This document shows, piece after piece, positions 48,987 to 57,626 of a stretch of DNA of 64,000 nt (positions within the stretch are counted from its first letter, which is position 1; every line of letters begins with the position of its first letter). Both the position numbers and the translations under genes were made by a program. The stretch lies in the IMG/VR virus record IMGVR_UViG_3300030099_006533; one strand, 5' to 3'. Under the pieces are notes generated by a model. It was not told where the DNA came from. It worked only from the letters and a program-made list of their open reading frames with translations, and made no database searches. This DNA is from a virus.

Positions 48987-49970
48987 ATGAGTATGGAAGA
49001 CTGGAACGACTACGTTAATACGGTTCGCGAAGCGCGTAAGAAAAAGAAGCGCCGCGAACCCACACCATTCAAGAGCAAGTATCAAAAGAAGACTAAGCGC
49101 ATGCGGCGCCGCAATGATATTTACTCCACAAAGGCCGGCCACAAGAACCTTAGCACAGGAGCCCCTTTCAACAACAAGGTAAAGCGCGCCGGTACTGATC
49201 GTCTGCGCTTTGAGGACGTAGATCCAGAAAGCATCGATCTAGACAGCTTTGAGATTCAGGACGATCTTGAGCGCAGGATTTGGAATAATAAAGATCAACT
49301 GAAGCCGCTTCTGCGTGAGTACATGATGAAGATCGCCATGGACTTTATCGACAGTCTAGATATGAATATCAATGTTGTGGACATTAAGCTCACTGGCTCG
49401 ATTGCCAACTACAACTGGTCAAAGTTTTCTGATATTGACTTGCACATCGTAGTAGACATGATGCAGTACGGCGAGGATGAGGACTTGGTTCGCGGTTTCT
49501 TTGACGGTAAGCGCATTGCATGGAATCAGGCTCACGATATTAAAATGCTGGGCTATGATGTAGAATTGTATGTTGAGGGCAAAGACGACATTCACATTTC
49601 AACAGGCATGTACTCAGTGCTGAAAGACGAGTGGATTATTCGACCAACACGCGAAGACGAAAAGTTCGATGAGGATTTGGTAAAGCAAAAGGCAGCATAT
49701 CTAATGGATATGGTCGATGCCTCTGAGATTATGCTGAGTAGAAAAGATTACAAAGCAGCTTACATGATGGCAGATAAATTAAAAGAGCGGATCCGTAAGA
49801 TGAGGAAGTGTGGCCTGGAAAAGGGCGGCGCGTACTCAACAGAGAACTTGGCCTTCAAGGTGTTGCGTCGTAATGGTTACCTTGCAACATTGTCGGATGT
49901 AAAGAACAGAGCCTATGATGGCATGAATACAATAGATCAGGTCAGCAAAGGCATTAGGATAAAGATTTGA
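48987..49970 (+). CDS. Pol-beta-superfamily nucleotidyltransferase
   Basis: LTGSIANYNWSKFSDIDLHIV (GS..DxD) and DVELYVE third acid; basic N-terminal extension. Confidence 0.8.
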   Translation: MSMEDWNDYVNTVREARKKKKRREPTPFKSKYQKKTKRMRRRNDIYSTKAGHKNLSTGAPFNNKVKRAGTDRLRFEDVDPESIDLDSFEIQDDLERRIWNNKDQLKPLLREYMMKIAMDFIDSLDMNINVVDIKLTGSIANYNWSKFSDIDLHIVVDMMQYGEDEDLVRGFFDGKRIAWNQAHDIKMLGYDVELYVEGKDDIHISTGMYSVLKDEWIIRPTREDEKFDEDLVKQKAAYLMDMVDASEIMLSRKDYKAAYMMADKLKERIRKMRKCGLEKGGAYSTENLAFKVLRRNGYLATLSDVKNRAYDGMNTIDQVSKGIRIKI

Positions 49971-49971
49971 A

Positions 49972-50217
49972 GTGCCTGCCGCGGCATTCCATAAGGGAGA
50001 CTTAGTGGCAGTCAAGACGCCGCACACTAGAGCAGAAAAGACATACAAAGTAGGGCTGGTGGTCAAGCCTCCCAGCCACAAAAGTAGACTATATGAAATT
50101 TTGTGGTTGACAAGTAACAATTCGTATGTTACTGTGTATACAGAGGGTAGGAATCTGGTGTTGTTGTCAGCCCCAGAGGGCAATGAAGCTCGCTTCCGTC
50201 GCTGGCGCGCCACATAA
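49972..50217 (+). CDS. Small SH3/KOW-like protein
   Basis: FHKGDLVAV..VGLVV..YEILW. Confidence 0.5.
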   Translation: MPAAAFHKGDLVAVKTPHTRAEKTYKVGLVVKPPSHKSRLYEILWLTSNNSYVTVYTEGRNLVLLSAPEGNEARFRRWRAT

Positions 50218-50234
50218 TAACAACGAGAGAATCT

Positions 50235-50639
50235 ATGAGCAACAAAGTACCACTTGATGATGACGAAAGGATGCTGATTATTCAGTTTCTGAGTGTTATG
50301 CACAGTTGGTTTCAAGAAGAGAAGAAGGTTGCTGAACAAAATCTTGCAAACCTTTCACTACAAGAAGGCATCATCAAACTGCTGTTTGCGCGATTGGCCC
50401 GGACCAGTATTGTCAAGGATCCTGTCTTTACTGAGGCTGGTAAAAATGTCTTTGCTGCTGAGGATGGGAATACAGACAACTGGTTTGATAACTTAAACAG
50501 GGAACGCCACCTGCTGAACGCCATGGATGAGGCTTTCACAGATACAGAGTTAGAACAAGAGACGGCGCCCATAGTGGACGATGGGTCTAACGTGATAGAC
50601 TTTACAGCCAGAAAACTACATCGAGAAGAGGATGAATAA
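50235..50639 (+). CDS. Hypothetical protein
   Basis: + strand ORF in gene string. Confidence 0.5.
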   Translation: MSNKVPLDDDERMLIIQFLSVMHSWFQEEKKVAEQNLANLSLQEGIIKLLFARLARTSIVKDPVFTEAGKNVFAAEDGNTDNWFDNLNRERHLLNAMDEAFTDTELEQETAPIVDDGSNVIDFTARKLHREEDE

Positions 50640-50871
50640 AATGTTTAAAGTTGGGGATCTTGTAGAGCATTCTCGTGGCCCGGGCCACCGTGGTATTATA
50701 ACAGAGATCATTTCCACGCGCGCCTCGGGCCAGCCGCGAATCGTTAAGGTGTGTTGGTTTCCGCCAACCGGATTAGCAGTCAAAGCATCTAACCCTTGGC
50801 AGCTTAATAAGTTTGAGGGCGAAAAAAAAGTTTCATGTCTTGATCTTGTAAAGCTCTCCGCAGCACAATGA
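50632..50871 (+). CDS. Small SH3/KOW-like protein
   Basis: FKVGDLV..GIITEI..VKVCW. Confidence 0.55.
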   Translation: MNKMFKVGDLVEHSRGPGHRGIITEIISTRASGQPRIVKVCWFPPTGLAVKASNPWQLNKFEGEKKVSCLDLVKLSAAQ

Positions 50872-51197
50872 AACCAAACTTTCCACCCCGGGGCTTGACA
50901 AAGGGCTCACTAGTTCGCATTAAGACGCGCTATGTAATCCCCCCAGATGTGTTTAGTGCTCCAGACAATCCTGAAGATGATACTGAGATCGGTATTGTTG
51001 TTGACAATCCTCGTTTAGAAACAAGATTCAAAACAGATTTTTTAGACCACTGCGTCAGAAACGAGTCTCATCTTGAGGTGGAGCCCTCTCGGTATGTTTA
51101 TATGATAAAAGTACATTGGCCTGCTTCCAATGCCACAAGTTGGCACAATGTACAAGATTTAGACGTTTTGAGTATTTCGCGGGTACTTACTAAATGA
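50868..51197 (+). CDS. Small SH3/KOW-like protein
   Basis: KGSLVRI..GIVV..KVHW. Confidence 0.5.
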   Translation: MKPNFPPRGLTKGSLVRIKTRYVIPPDVFSAPDNPEDDTEIGIVVDNPRLETRFKTDFLDHCVRNESHLEVEPSRYVYMIKVHWPASNATSWHNVQDLDVLSISRVLTK

Positions 51198-51198
51198 G

Positions 51199-51516
51199 GT
51201 GCCCAAACAAGTTTCAGATACCCAGTATGTCCTTTCCGCTCCTCTGCGCCGCGGCGCTCTTGTACGTTGGATTGTTGATTACAGATTACTTGCCGCAGAT
51301 CACAAGGGTAATATCTGGCCCCACAACCCAAAGTACGAGTATGGTATAGTGACAGAAGTGTCTAAGGTTGATCCATCGCACCTGATTGTGCTTAGCACAG
51401 GGTCCGGCTACTATTTCACTGCTCAACTTGGAGTAGACGAGATTGAGATTATTTCAAACGGCGCCCCCCGAGTTCTTGCCCCCACGGCGCAGGAGATACG
51501 AAAGTATGAAAAGTAA
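51199..51516 (+). CDS. Small SH3/KOW-like protein
   Basis: RRGALVRW..YGIVTEV. Confidence 0.5.
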   Translation: MPKQVSDTQYVLSAPLRRGALVRWIVDYRLLAADHKGNIWPHNPKYEYGIVTEVSKVDPSHLIVLSTGSGYYFTAQLGVDEIEIISNGAPRVLAPTAQEIRKYEK

Positions 51517-51604
51517 ACTTCGCGACGCCGGGCGGCGCCGCGGGGGTCGGGGGTTGAAAAAGTTCGCGCCAAAATTTTCCTCTTTTGGCAGATAGGTAGA
51601 CAAC

Positions 51605-51820
51605 GTGAATGCAGAATATGACCAGTTTGAAGTGGGTGACTTGGTATCAGTCAGCGACCCATACTATCTTAACAATAAGCAGTTTGTTGTTGCCGATGTA
51701 CCGTACATCACTGTTGGCATTATCTTGAGAAAGCAAAGAATAGAGAGCTTCTATACGGTATACGCAAACAACGAGCACTATCACAACGTACATGCATCTT
51801 GGATTACTAAACTAACATGA
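51605..51820 (+). CDS. Small SH3/KOW-like protein
   Basis: FEVGDLVSV..VGIIL. Confidence 0.55.
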   Translation: MNAEYDQFEVGDLVSVSDPYYLNNKQFVVADVPYITVGIILRKQRIESFYTVYANNEHYHNVHASWITKLT

Positions 51821-51993
51821 GCGATTCTTACTACTACAAAATCATCTACCGAGAAGGCACTACTCAAAAGACTACTCTTATCTCGGCTTCATACTCGATT
51901 AAACGGATAAAGAAAATTCTCGCGGAAGTACATCCGAGTTGGGATATCATCCGTGTGCAAGCAACAGGAAAGAAAGTAGAACGTGTAGAATAA
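51817..51993 (+). CDS. Hypothetical 58-aa protein (not in ORF track)
   Basis: ATGA overlap with previous stop; MSDSYYYKIIYREG. Confidence 0.45.
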   Translation: MSDSYYYKIIYREGTTQKTTLISASYSIKRIKKILAEVHPSWDIIRVQATGKKVERVE

Positions 51994-52030
51994 GTCTCTC
52001 TTTCGCCTTTACGGCGCCTACTTATACTAC

Positions 52031-52372
52031 ATGAGGGCCGATGAGAAAAGAGAAAAAATCCGCAAAGGTATGCTGGTGCGACCGGTTGTCTTCTTCTCAG
52101 ACTGGCTGGGTGTGGTGCTAACCGAACCGTACGAGTACGAGCCTACTGAGGAAGATGAGGATATGATGTCATATATCCCCTCGATCATGAACCCTAAAGC
52201 TAACTATTGGGAGGACGTATACGTTGTTGATGTAATGTGGTTTAGTGAAGCGGGGGCAACACAGGAGTTCGTGGACTTCCTTGAGATTGTGTCCCCACCC
52301 CAGGATTGTTATGACGATCCAGATTATATTGCAAAAAGATGGGATTTTGACTGGACAGATGAGGATGAATGA
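52031..52372 (+). CDS. SH3/KOW-like acidic protein
   Basis: RKGMLVR..LGVVL..VDVMW. Confidence 0.5.
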   Translation: MRADEKREKIRKGMLVRPVVFFSDWLGVVLTEPYEYEPTEEDEDMMSYIPSIMNPKANYWEDVYVVDVMWFSEAGATQEFVDFLEIVSPPQDCYDDPDYIAKRWDFDWTDEDE

Positions 52373-52397
52373 GATATACTATGAATGTAACTGAGAG

Positions 52398-52868
52398 GTG
52401 AACATGAAGATCGTATTTCTCCACGGGCTTGAATCGAGCCCTAACTCCACAAAGGCAACGTATCTGCGCTCAATGGGCCATAATGTTGTGGCCCCCCACC
52501 TTCCAAAGGATTTATGGGAGCAGTCTGTGATGGAGGCACGCCGCGCCATTGAGCAGCACCAGCCTGATGTTGTTGTTGGTTCCTCGCGCGGTGGAGCCAT
52601 CGCTATGACAGCTATGATCACGGGCCCGCGTGTGCCCACTGTGCTTGTCGCCCCTGCTTGGATGAAGTATTGTCCGTGGGCAACGACCACATCAGATACT
52701 GTTGTTGTTCACTCGACCGCGGACGATGTGGTTCCCCACAAAGATTCAGAGAAGCTGCAAGCCCACTTTGGTGTTAGGCTTGTTTCTGCTGGCTCCTCCC
52801 ATAGAATGAGTGATCCCGAGGCACTGGAAGCTATTGTTTCGGCATGCGAGGGCCTTATCAATGACTGA
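52398..52868 (+). CDS. Alpha/beta hydrolase (YqiA-like esterase)
   Basis: VFLHGLES, GSSRGG nucleophile elbow, HS..DDVVP, HRM. Confidence 0.85.
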   Translation: MNMKIVFLHGLESSPNSTKATYLRSMGHNVVAPHLPKDLWEQSVMEARRAIEQHQPDVVVGSSRGGAIAMTAMITGPRVPTVLVAPAWMKYCPWATTTSDTVVVHSTADDVVPHKDSEKLQAHFGVRLVSAGSSHRMSDPEALEAIVSACEGLIND

Positions 52869-53046
52869 TGCTGAAGCCATTGACATTGCAGAGGGCATGG
52901 TCGAGCCTCAGAGCGAAGAAGAATACTATGCAGCATGGCAACACCTTATTGATCGCGGGCTTGCGTGGAGTCTGCAAGGATGGTTTGGGAGAACAGCGCA
53001 CCGACTCATCCTGGCGGGGCATTGTCGCCCACCGGATGCTGCTTGA
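52861..53046 (+). CDS. Small hypothetical phage protein
   Basis: AWQHLIDRGLAWSLQGWFGRTA; ATGA coupling. Confidence 0.55.
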   Translation: MTDAEAIDIAEGMVEPQSEEEYYAAWQHLIDRGLAWSLQGWFGRTAHRLILAGHCRPPDAA

Positions 53047-53096
53047 CAACTTTTTTTCATTTGGGCCTTGACAAACGAACCTGGAGCCATTATATT
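53043..53096 (+). promoter_or_regulatory. sigma70 promoter with one extra upstream TTGACA
   Basis: TTGACA 53043; -35 TTGACA 53068; 17 bp; TATATT 53091. Confidence 0.7.
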
Positions 53097-53113
53097 ATAG
53101 GTGGAGGTTAGGA

Positions 53114-53356
53114 ATGACAGACAGACCATCGAATGTTTCAGGCTCTTCGTCTACCGAAGAGGTCGATGTGCTCACTGCCGAGCTTCGCGCCATGAACTTC
53201 GCGAAGAACCTGATGTATAGCACCCAGTTCCACGAGATTCTACCATTGATTGAGGAGATTCAGCAGTGCGACGACGATGACCCTAGGCTGTTGCTTATCA
53301 ATGCTGTGTTGAATGAGGCCCTCGAAACTTTCCCCCTTGCAGATTGCGACGTATAA
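53114..53356 (+). CDS. Hypothetical protein
   Basis: After promoter; SD GGAGG. Confidence 0.55.
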   Translation: MTDRPSNVSGSSSTEEVDVLTAELRAMNFAKNLMYSTQFHEILPLIEEIQQCDDDDPRLLLINAVLNEALETFPLADCDV

Positions 53357-53632
53357 ATGAAGACTGTTATTGTTATTGACACCGAAGATCCTACCGGCAT
53401 GGAGAGCACCCGGCTCATCGTGGATCACCTGATGAAGACCCACCATAAGATTCCTTATGATAGAAACGATCCGTTTGGCTCTAAGATCCAGGCGATCAAA
53501 ACTATCCGTGAGTATGTCAGATTCTGCAAGGAACACTGGCCCGATGACTGGCAGGACGCTATCGGTTCCCTCCGCGCGTCGAAGTCTTATGTTGATTCGC
53601 TCACCAATGCTAAGTTCTCAACGAGACTTTGA
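53357..53632 (+). CDS. Ribosomal L7/L12 C-terminal-like protein
   Basis: KIQAIKTIRE..GSLRASKSYVDS resembles KIAVIKAVR..GLKEAKDLVE. Confidence 0.5.
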   Translation: MKTVIVIDTEDPTGMESTRLIVDHLMKTHHKIPYDRNDPFGSKIQAIKTIREYVRFCKEHWPDDWQDAIGSLRASKSYVDSLTNAKFSTRL

Positions 53633-53859
53633 TGGGAACGCACAGACAAAAGGTAAACTTTGAGATGGGCGAGCTGGTTAGAGTGGTCGATAACACTTTT
53701 CAAGAGGGAATGTCGCCCACCCGCGTGGGGGTTATTACCGGAGTCGGTCAAGACGATTCGGGTTTCCACACAGGGGTGTATGAAGTTCTCTTCGCATCTA
53801 GCGAGGGCACACTAAAGATGCAGTTCTGGCACAAGTTTTTGGAGAAGGTTGTAGTATGA
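53629..53859 (+). CDS. Small SH3/KOW-like protein
   Basis: FEMGELVRV..VGVIT..YEVLF. Confidence 0.55.
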   Translation: MMGTHRQKVNFEMGELVRVVDNTFQEGMSPTRVGVITGVGQDDSGFHTGVYEVLFASSEGTLKMQFWHKFLEKVVV

Positions 53860-54179
53860 GACAAGTCATCCTTGCATTTATTATCGGATTCACAGTCACC
53901 GCATGCACCGAGCGTGCAGTTCGCAATGGCGGTACTTCCGCACTGGAGCGGCGATGTGAGCCGGTGCTTGCCGAGATTCTACAGATTCAGGATCTGAGGC
54001 TGCTCAATAATCACGCCCTGAACCACAAGAGGGCTGAGGGTGTTCTGACTCCTGACGATGTTGAGTCTTGGAAGGCTGTGGAAGAGGAGCTTGGTTCGCG
54101 TGTGAACCATCTTTATAATGTCGCTGACCGTCGCAAGTGCTTTGATGGTGTCGAGCAAATGTTCTTGACATTCTCTTGA
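53856..54179 (+). CDS. Putative lipoprotein
   Basis: Signal peptide ending VTAC. Confidence 0.5.
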   Translation: MRQVILAFIIGFTVTACTERAVRNGGTSALERRCEPVLAEILQIQDLRLLNNHALNHKRAEGVLTPDDVESWKAVEEELGSRVNHLYNVADRRKCFDGVEQMFLTFS

Positions 54180-54219
54180 CAAAAAAGTTCTTGCAATCCA
54201 AAATCCAGCGTGGTATATT
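54165..54219 (+). promoter_or_regulatory. Phased-hexamer early promoter
   Basis: TTGACA 54165, TTGACA 54176, -35 TTGCAA 54191, -10 TATATT 54214. Confidence 0.8.
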
Positions 54220-54242
54220 ATAGAAGATGAAAGGAGAGCCCC

Positions 54243-54575
54243 ATGGCCGATTGGTATGTAAGTCAGGTAAATGTTCGCGAAGGCAACCCCGCAGAGGGAG
54301 AGCCCGCGCTAGTTGTCGATGAGAAGGTGCTAACCATCAAGGCACCGTATCGAGCAGCGCAGCGTTCTTATAACGTATTCCGCTCACTGGGCACGCCCAA
54401 CATCGGGCTTTATCCGTGGGAGACTAACAAGAAGTCTTATGCTGCATCACTCAAGGCACAGAAGCGCCGCAAGTCTAAGAAGCTGACGAAGGCTGATCTG
54501 GCCCCCGCTCTCATGGAGCTTGCAAAGGAGGACGCAGCGCGTGAAACCGCAGAGACAGAAACTCAAGAGGGGTGA
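54243..54575 (+). CDS. Hypothetical protein
   Basis: SD AAGGAG after promoter. Confidence 0.6.
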   Translation: MADWYVSQVNVREGNPAEGEPALVVDEKVLTIKAPYRAAQRSYNVFRSLGTPNIGLYPWETNKKSYAASLKAQKRRKSKKLTKADLAPALMELAKEDAARETAETETQEG

Positions 54576-54741
54576 TCTAGTGACCCTCAAACGTGTGGGC
54601 GCACCAAACTATAGAGGTATCGTATTGGAAACCGATGAATCTCCCATCTGGCCCAGCGCACGGATCATCTTCTATACAGATTCTTATAGCAAAGAAGTAA
54701 CAGTAAATCAAAACCTATATGGACTAAGGAAACTAACATGA
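54541..54741 (+). CDS. Small SH3/KOW-like protein
   Basis: LKRGDLVTL..RGIVL; start uncertain. Confidence 0.45.
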   Translation: MKPQRQKLKRGDLVTLKRVGAPNYRGIVLETDESPIWPSARIIFYTDSYSKEVTVNQNLYGLRKLT

Positions 54742-54938
54742 TGTTTGAAGTAGGACAAGCCGTAACCATCGACAGCAACGATTACATGAACTCACTCCCC
54801 GGCGTCGTCCTTGACGTTAGTGCGTCAAGTGGTGGCGTCGAGACTATGTATACTGTGGATGTTGAAGACCACGGAACCCAGTATTTCTATGGTCACGACC
54901 TCATCAACGCAGAGGAGTCTATCAGTGTTTTCCGATAG
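54738..54938 (+). CDS. Small SH3/KOW-like protein
   Basis: FEVGQAVTI..PGVVLDV..YTVDV. Confidence 0.55.
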   Translation: MMFEVGQAVTIDSNDYMNSLPGVVLDVSASSGGVETMYTVDVEDHGTQYFYGHDLINAEESISVFR

Positions 54939-55137
54939 TCAACTAAACGTATTGAGTGGGCTACTTGCCCGACGTCAAGACCCCGCAGTTTCAAGCTCTG
55001 ACTATGATTCACTTATGAGTGTGGTTCAGTCCCTTCAAGCCATGCGCTCACGCGACTCCATCGAGGATGCAAGGCGGCATGCCACCGATGGGCCCGACAA
55101 CATTCCCCAGCCCTTCAACGATCCACTAGATTGGTAA
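54925..55137 (+). CDS. Hypothetical protein
   Basis: GTG start in ATCAGTG junction after GAGGAG. Confidence 0.4.
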   Translation: MFSDSQLNVLSGLLARRQDPAVSSSDYDSLMSVVQSLQAMRSRDSIEDARRHATDGPDNIPQPFNDPLDW

Positions 55138-55141
55138 TATA

Positions 55142-55453
55142 ATGATGCACAGATATAAGCGAGTAGTATGCAAGGACGGATTCTCAGTTAGCATTCAGGC
55201 TAGTGAGACTAACTATTCTGACCCGAGAGAGACACATGCCGAAAGGTATACTGCTGTCGAGCTAGGGTTCCCGAGCCACAGGGAAGAACTAATCCTAGAG
55301 TGGGCCGAAGATGCTGACCGACCTACTGAGACGGTCTACGGATACGTTCCTGTCACGACCGTGAATCTAGTAATCGCAAAGCATGGTGGCATTATTGCGG
55401 GGGAGACACCGCCCGGAGTTGTACCACTTTACTGTGAAGGATACGAAAAGTAA
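55142..55453 (+). CDS. Hypothetical phage protein
   Basis: VVCKDGFSVSIQAS..AVELGFPS..TVYGYVP..KHGG. Confidence 0.6.
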   Translation: MMHRYKRVVCKDGFSVSIQASETNYSDPRETHAERYTAVELGFPSHREELILEWAEDADRPTETVYGYVPVTTVNLVIAKHGGIIAGETPPGVVPLYCEGYEK

Positions 55454-55466
55454 ACTTCTAGCTTTT

Positions 55467-55552
55467 GGCCGAGTGGTGGAATAGGCAGACACGACGGATT
55501 CAAAATCCGTTGCTCATTGAGCGTGCGGGTTCAAGTCCCGCCTCGGCTACCA
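55467..55552 (+). tRNA. tRNA-Leu(CAA)
   Basis: Acceptor GGCCGAG/CTCGGCT, anticodon arm ACGGA-TTCAAAA-TCCGT, long variable arm, T-arm GCGGG-TTCAAGT-CCCGC, encoded ACCA. Confidence 0.95.
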
Positions 55553-55568
55553 ACTTTGTAGGAACACA

Positions 55569-55760
55569 ATGATTATATTGTTTATGCTTTTGATGGGTTC
55601 GGAATATCCTGAACAGCCTTCCCCTTGTGTGATTGATGTGTGCGAAGAAAAGACATGTACAGTCGAGACACCAGAGGGCTGGGTTGATGTACCTAGGCGA
55701 GATCATTACGAAGAAGGCATGAGAATCGAGTGTCCCTTTTGGTTGATTGATCCAACGTAG
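55569..55760 (+). CDS. Small Cys-rich secreted/membrane protein
   Basis: Hydrophobic N-terminus; four Cys. Confidence 0.45.
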   Translation: MIILFMLLMGSEYPEQPSPCVIDVCEEKTCTVETPEGWVDVPRRDHYEEGMRIECPFWLIDPT

Positions 55761-55786
55761 CCTAGTTACCATAGGAGGGCACAATC

Positions 55787-55966
55787 ATGTCAATCATTCC
55801 ACTGGATAAGCTAGAGCAACTAAGAAGAGAACAAGGACAGGAGAACACTGTTGAAGAACGACCAGCCCTTTACGCACCCGAGCCCCCGATGGAGTTTGTT
55901 TCCGGCTCCGCTGATGATGATGACGCACCAGAGCGGGGCGTCACGATTATAGACTTTACGGTATAG
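55787..55966 (+). CDS. Small acidic protein (not in ORF track)
   Basis: SD AGGAGG; MSIIPLDKLEQLRRE..ERPALY..ERGVTIIDFTV. Confidence 0.55.
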   Translation: MSIIPLDKLEQLRREQGQENTVEERPALYAPEPPMEFVSGSADDDDAPERGVTIIDFTV

Positions 55967-55975
55967 TGAACGCTC

Positions 55976-56188
55976 ATGTTGTTTGATCCACAAGTTGGTG
56001 ATTTAGTTAGGCCGCGTACTTGGTGCGAGCAAGGAAGAAATATAGGCATCGTTGTGTCAACTGGTGAGGGTGTGTTTGAAGATCAGATAAAGGTATTTTG
56101 GGACAAACCAGTATGGTATGACCCCGACGATGGGTACTCGGTTGAGTATGGCCCAGAAATGGAGATAATCAGTGCAGCGCGGAGATAA
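55976..56188 (+). CDS. Small SH3/KOW-like protein
   Basis: PQVGDLVR..IGIVV..KVFW..EIIS. Confidence 0.55.
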   Translation: MLFDPQVGDLVRPRTWCEQGRNIGIVVSTGEGVFEDQIKVFWDKPVWYDPDDGYSVEYGPEMEIISAARR

Positions 56189-56342
56189 AGTAAGGGCAAC
56201 ATGGACTGATGGTCTTGTCATAGTTGGTAAGTATGATCGAATCGAGCGCGGATATGTAATCTTGCTAGATGATTCAGGCAAGCGTATTGTATGCAACCCT
56301 GACGTCGTTGAGTTTGAACTCGTGAACATCAAAGAGGAGTAA
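56172..56342 (+). CDS. Small SH3-like protein (not in ORF track)
   Basis: GTG in GGAGATAATCAGTG junction; MQRGDKVRATW. Confidence 0.5.
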   Translation: MQRGDKVRATWTDGLVIVGKYDRIERGYVILLDDSGKRIVCNPDVVEFELVNIKEE

Positions 56343-56345
56343 TAT

Positions 56346-56603
56346 ATGTCAGCAACAACGCTCATTATCATCGCTTGCTTGATTGCTTATGTTATTGGAT
56401 ATTTCGTTGGCGCTTACGTTCAGCGAATGAAGTATGGTATGATCGACTGGGTGTGCCTACGATGGAACAAGGATAGCCTAGGCTACCGGCCAGTCGCAGA
56501 TGGACAGGTGCTACACAGGGGACAAAGGGTGATGTTGGCGCTTCCGATCCCTACAGATGATTTGCCCGAAGAAGGCATGCCATGGGGAGATAGCCGTTCT
56601 TGA
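56346..56603 (+). CDS. Membrane-anchored small protein
   Basis: N-terminal TM; SD GAGGAG. Confidence 0.55.
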   Translation: MSATTLIIIACLIAYVIGYFVGAYVQRMKYGMIDWVCLRWNKDSLGYRPVADGQVLHRGQRVMLALPIPTDDLPEEGMPWGDSRS

Positions 56604-56654
56604 CATTTCCTTGACAAAATAGTTGTTGACAACCTGACTCGCATGGGCTATATT
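56600..56654 (+). promoter_or_regulatory. Phased-hexamer early promoter
   Basis: TTGACA 56600, TTGACA 56611, -35 TTGACA 56626, -10 TATATT 56649. Confidence 0.85.
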
Positions 56655-56677
56655 ATATGCATAACAAGGAGCGAAAT

Positions 56678-56992
56678 ATGTCCGACTTTCTAAACATCCG
56701 TGTAACTGAATCAGAGCTTGATCTGATCATGCTACTTCTTGAGCAAGCTGGCTCTATGGAGGATTCCAATGGGCAGCCAGCCTTTGAGTTGCTTCACGAC
56801 CTGATGGAGCAATCTGGAAACAGTGAAGAGTGGGAGACTACTGATCTTGAGGGCCGCACCTTCACCGTGGCCGAGGATGACTTTATCAAGATGGGCGAAA
56901 ACGCCCGTGAGCAAGCTAAACTAAACAGTAAACTAATGATGGGCACTCAAAGTGGTGTCGATGTGTGGACCCTTCACGGTCTGGAGGACTAA
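56678..56992 (+). CDS. Hypothetical acidic protein
   Basis: SD AAGGAG before ATG 56678. Confidence 0.55.
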   Translation: MSDFLNIRVTESELDLIMLLLEQAGSMEDSNGQPAFELLHDLMEQSGNSEEWETTDLEGRTFTVAEDDFIKMGENAREQAKLNSKLMMGTQSGVDVWTLHGLED

Positions 56993-57186
56993 TGGCAGAA
57001 TGTATTGAATGTGGCGCAGAGTATAGTGATCGGCGCTTGGCTCTAGGGTATCGTACTTGTTTGGACTGTGGTGATGCTTCTGCTCGCTCTACCATCCGAG
57101 CTAGGACCGCGGCGAACCTGCGGGCAATGGCCCCGAATCATTACACAGGTGACGTCCGTGAGGTACTTGACAAGCGGCCTGACTAA
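56992..57186 (+). CDS. Zinc-ribbon protein
   Basis: CIECG..RRLALGY.TCLDC; TAATG coupling. Confidence 0.6.
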   Translation: MAECIECGAEYSDRRLALGYRTCLDCGDASARSTIRARTAANLRAMAPNHYTGDVREVLDKRPD

Positions 57187-57189
57187 CGC

Positions 57190-57244
57190 TTGACATTCTC
57201 TTTACAACTTTCCCCTTGATCTTCTTCTCTGCATGGGGTATATT
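57190..57244 (+). promoter_or_regulatory. Phased-hexamer early promoter
   Basis: TTGACA 57190, TTTACA 57201, -35 TTGATC 57216, -10 TATATT 57239. Confidence 0.85.
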
Positions 57245-57272
57245 ATAGAAGTAATCAGCAAGGAGTATAGCG

Positions 57273-57626
57273 ATGATGAGAGTGTGCGTCCACTGTGAGA
57301 GCGACTTCGATGACCAGTCCCGTGCAAAGCGTGAAGCTGGGGGTCGAATCAACGAGTGTCCTGATTGTGTGGAAGAACTCGGTACAGAGACAACAGTAAA
57401 GTATCTAGGGTTGCAGGCCGGCGATGGCAAGAGCAACGCTATCTCTATCGTGGCCTTTGAGTCAGACGAGGATCGGGATTCGTACTCACGCGCATGGAAG
57501 GCTGTGACTGGATTCCACAAGGGTAAGTCCTGTCATCTGTCAGGCTCAAACACTACCATCGGCAACCGTCCAATGCGCCACGTTGCTTACAACGCAGGCA
57601 ACGCAAACCACAAGGGGAAGGCATGA
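57273..57626 (+). CDS. Zinc-ribbon protein
   Basis: CVHC..CPDC; SD AAGGAG. Confidence 0.55.
   Translation: MMRVCVHCESDFDDQSRAKREAGGRINECPDCVEELGTETTVKYLGLQAGDGKSNAISIVAFESDEDRDSYSRAWKAVTGFHKGKSCHLSGSNTTIGNRPMRHVAYNAGNANHKGKA

Noticed and set aside
50895-50923. Possible sigma70 promoter TTGACA inside ORF 50868
   Set aside because: Matching -10 (CATTAA) is poor and the site is intragenic
55500-55784. 94-aa minus-strand ORF
   Set aside because: Overlaps the tRNA-Leu antisense; its C-terminus is the translated tRNA complement
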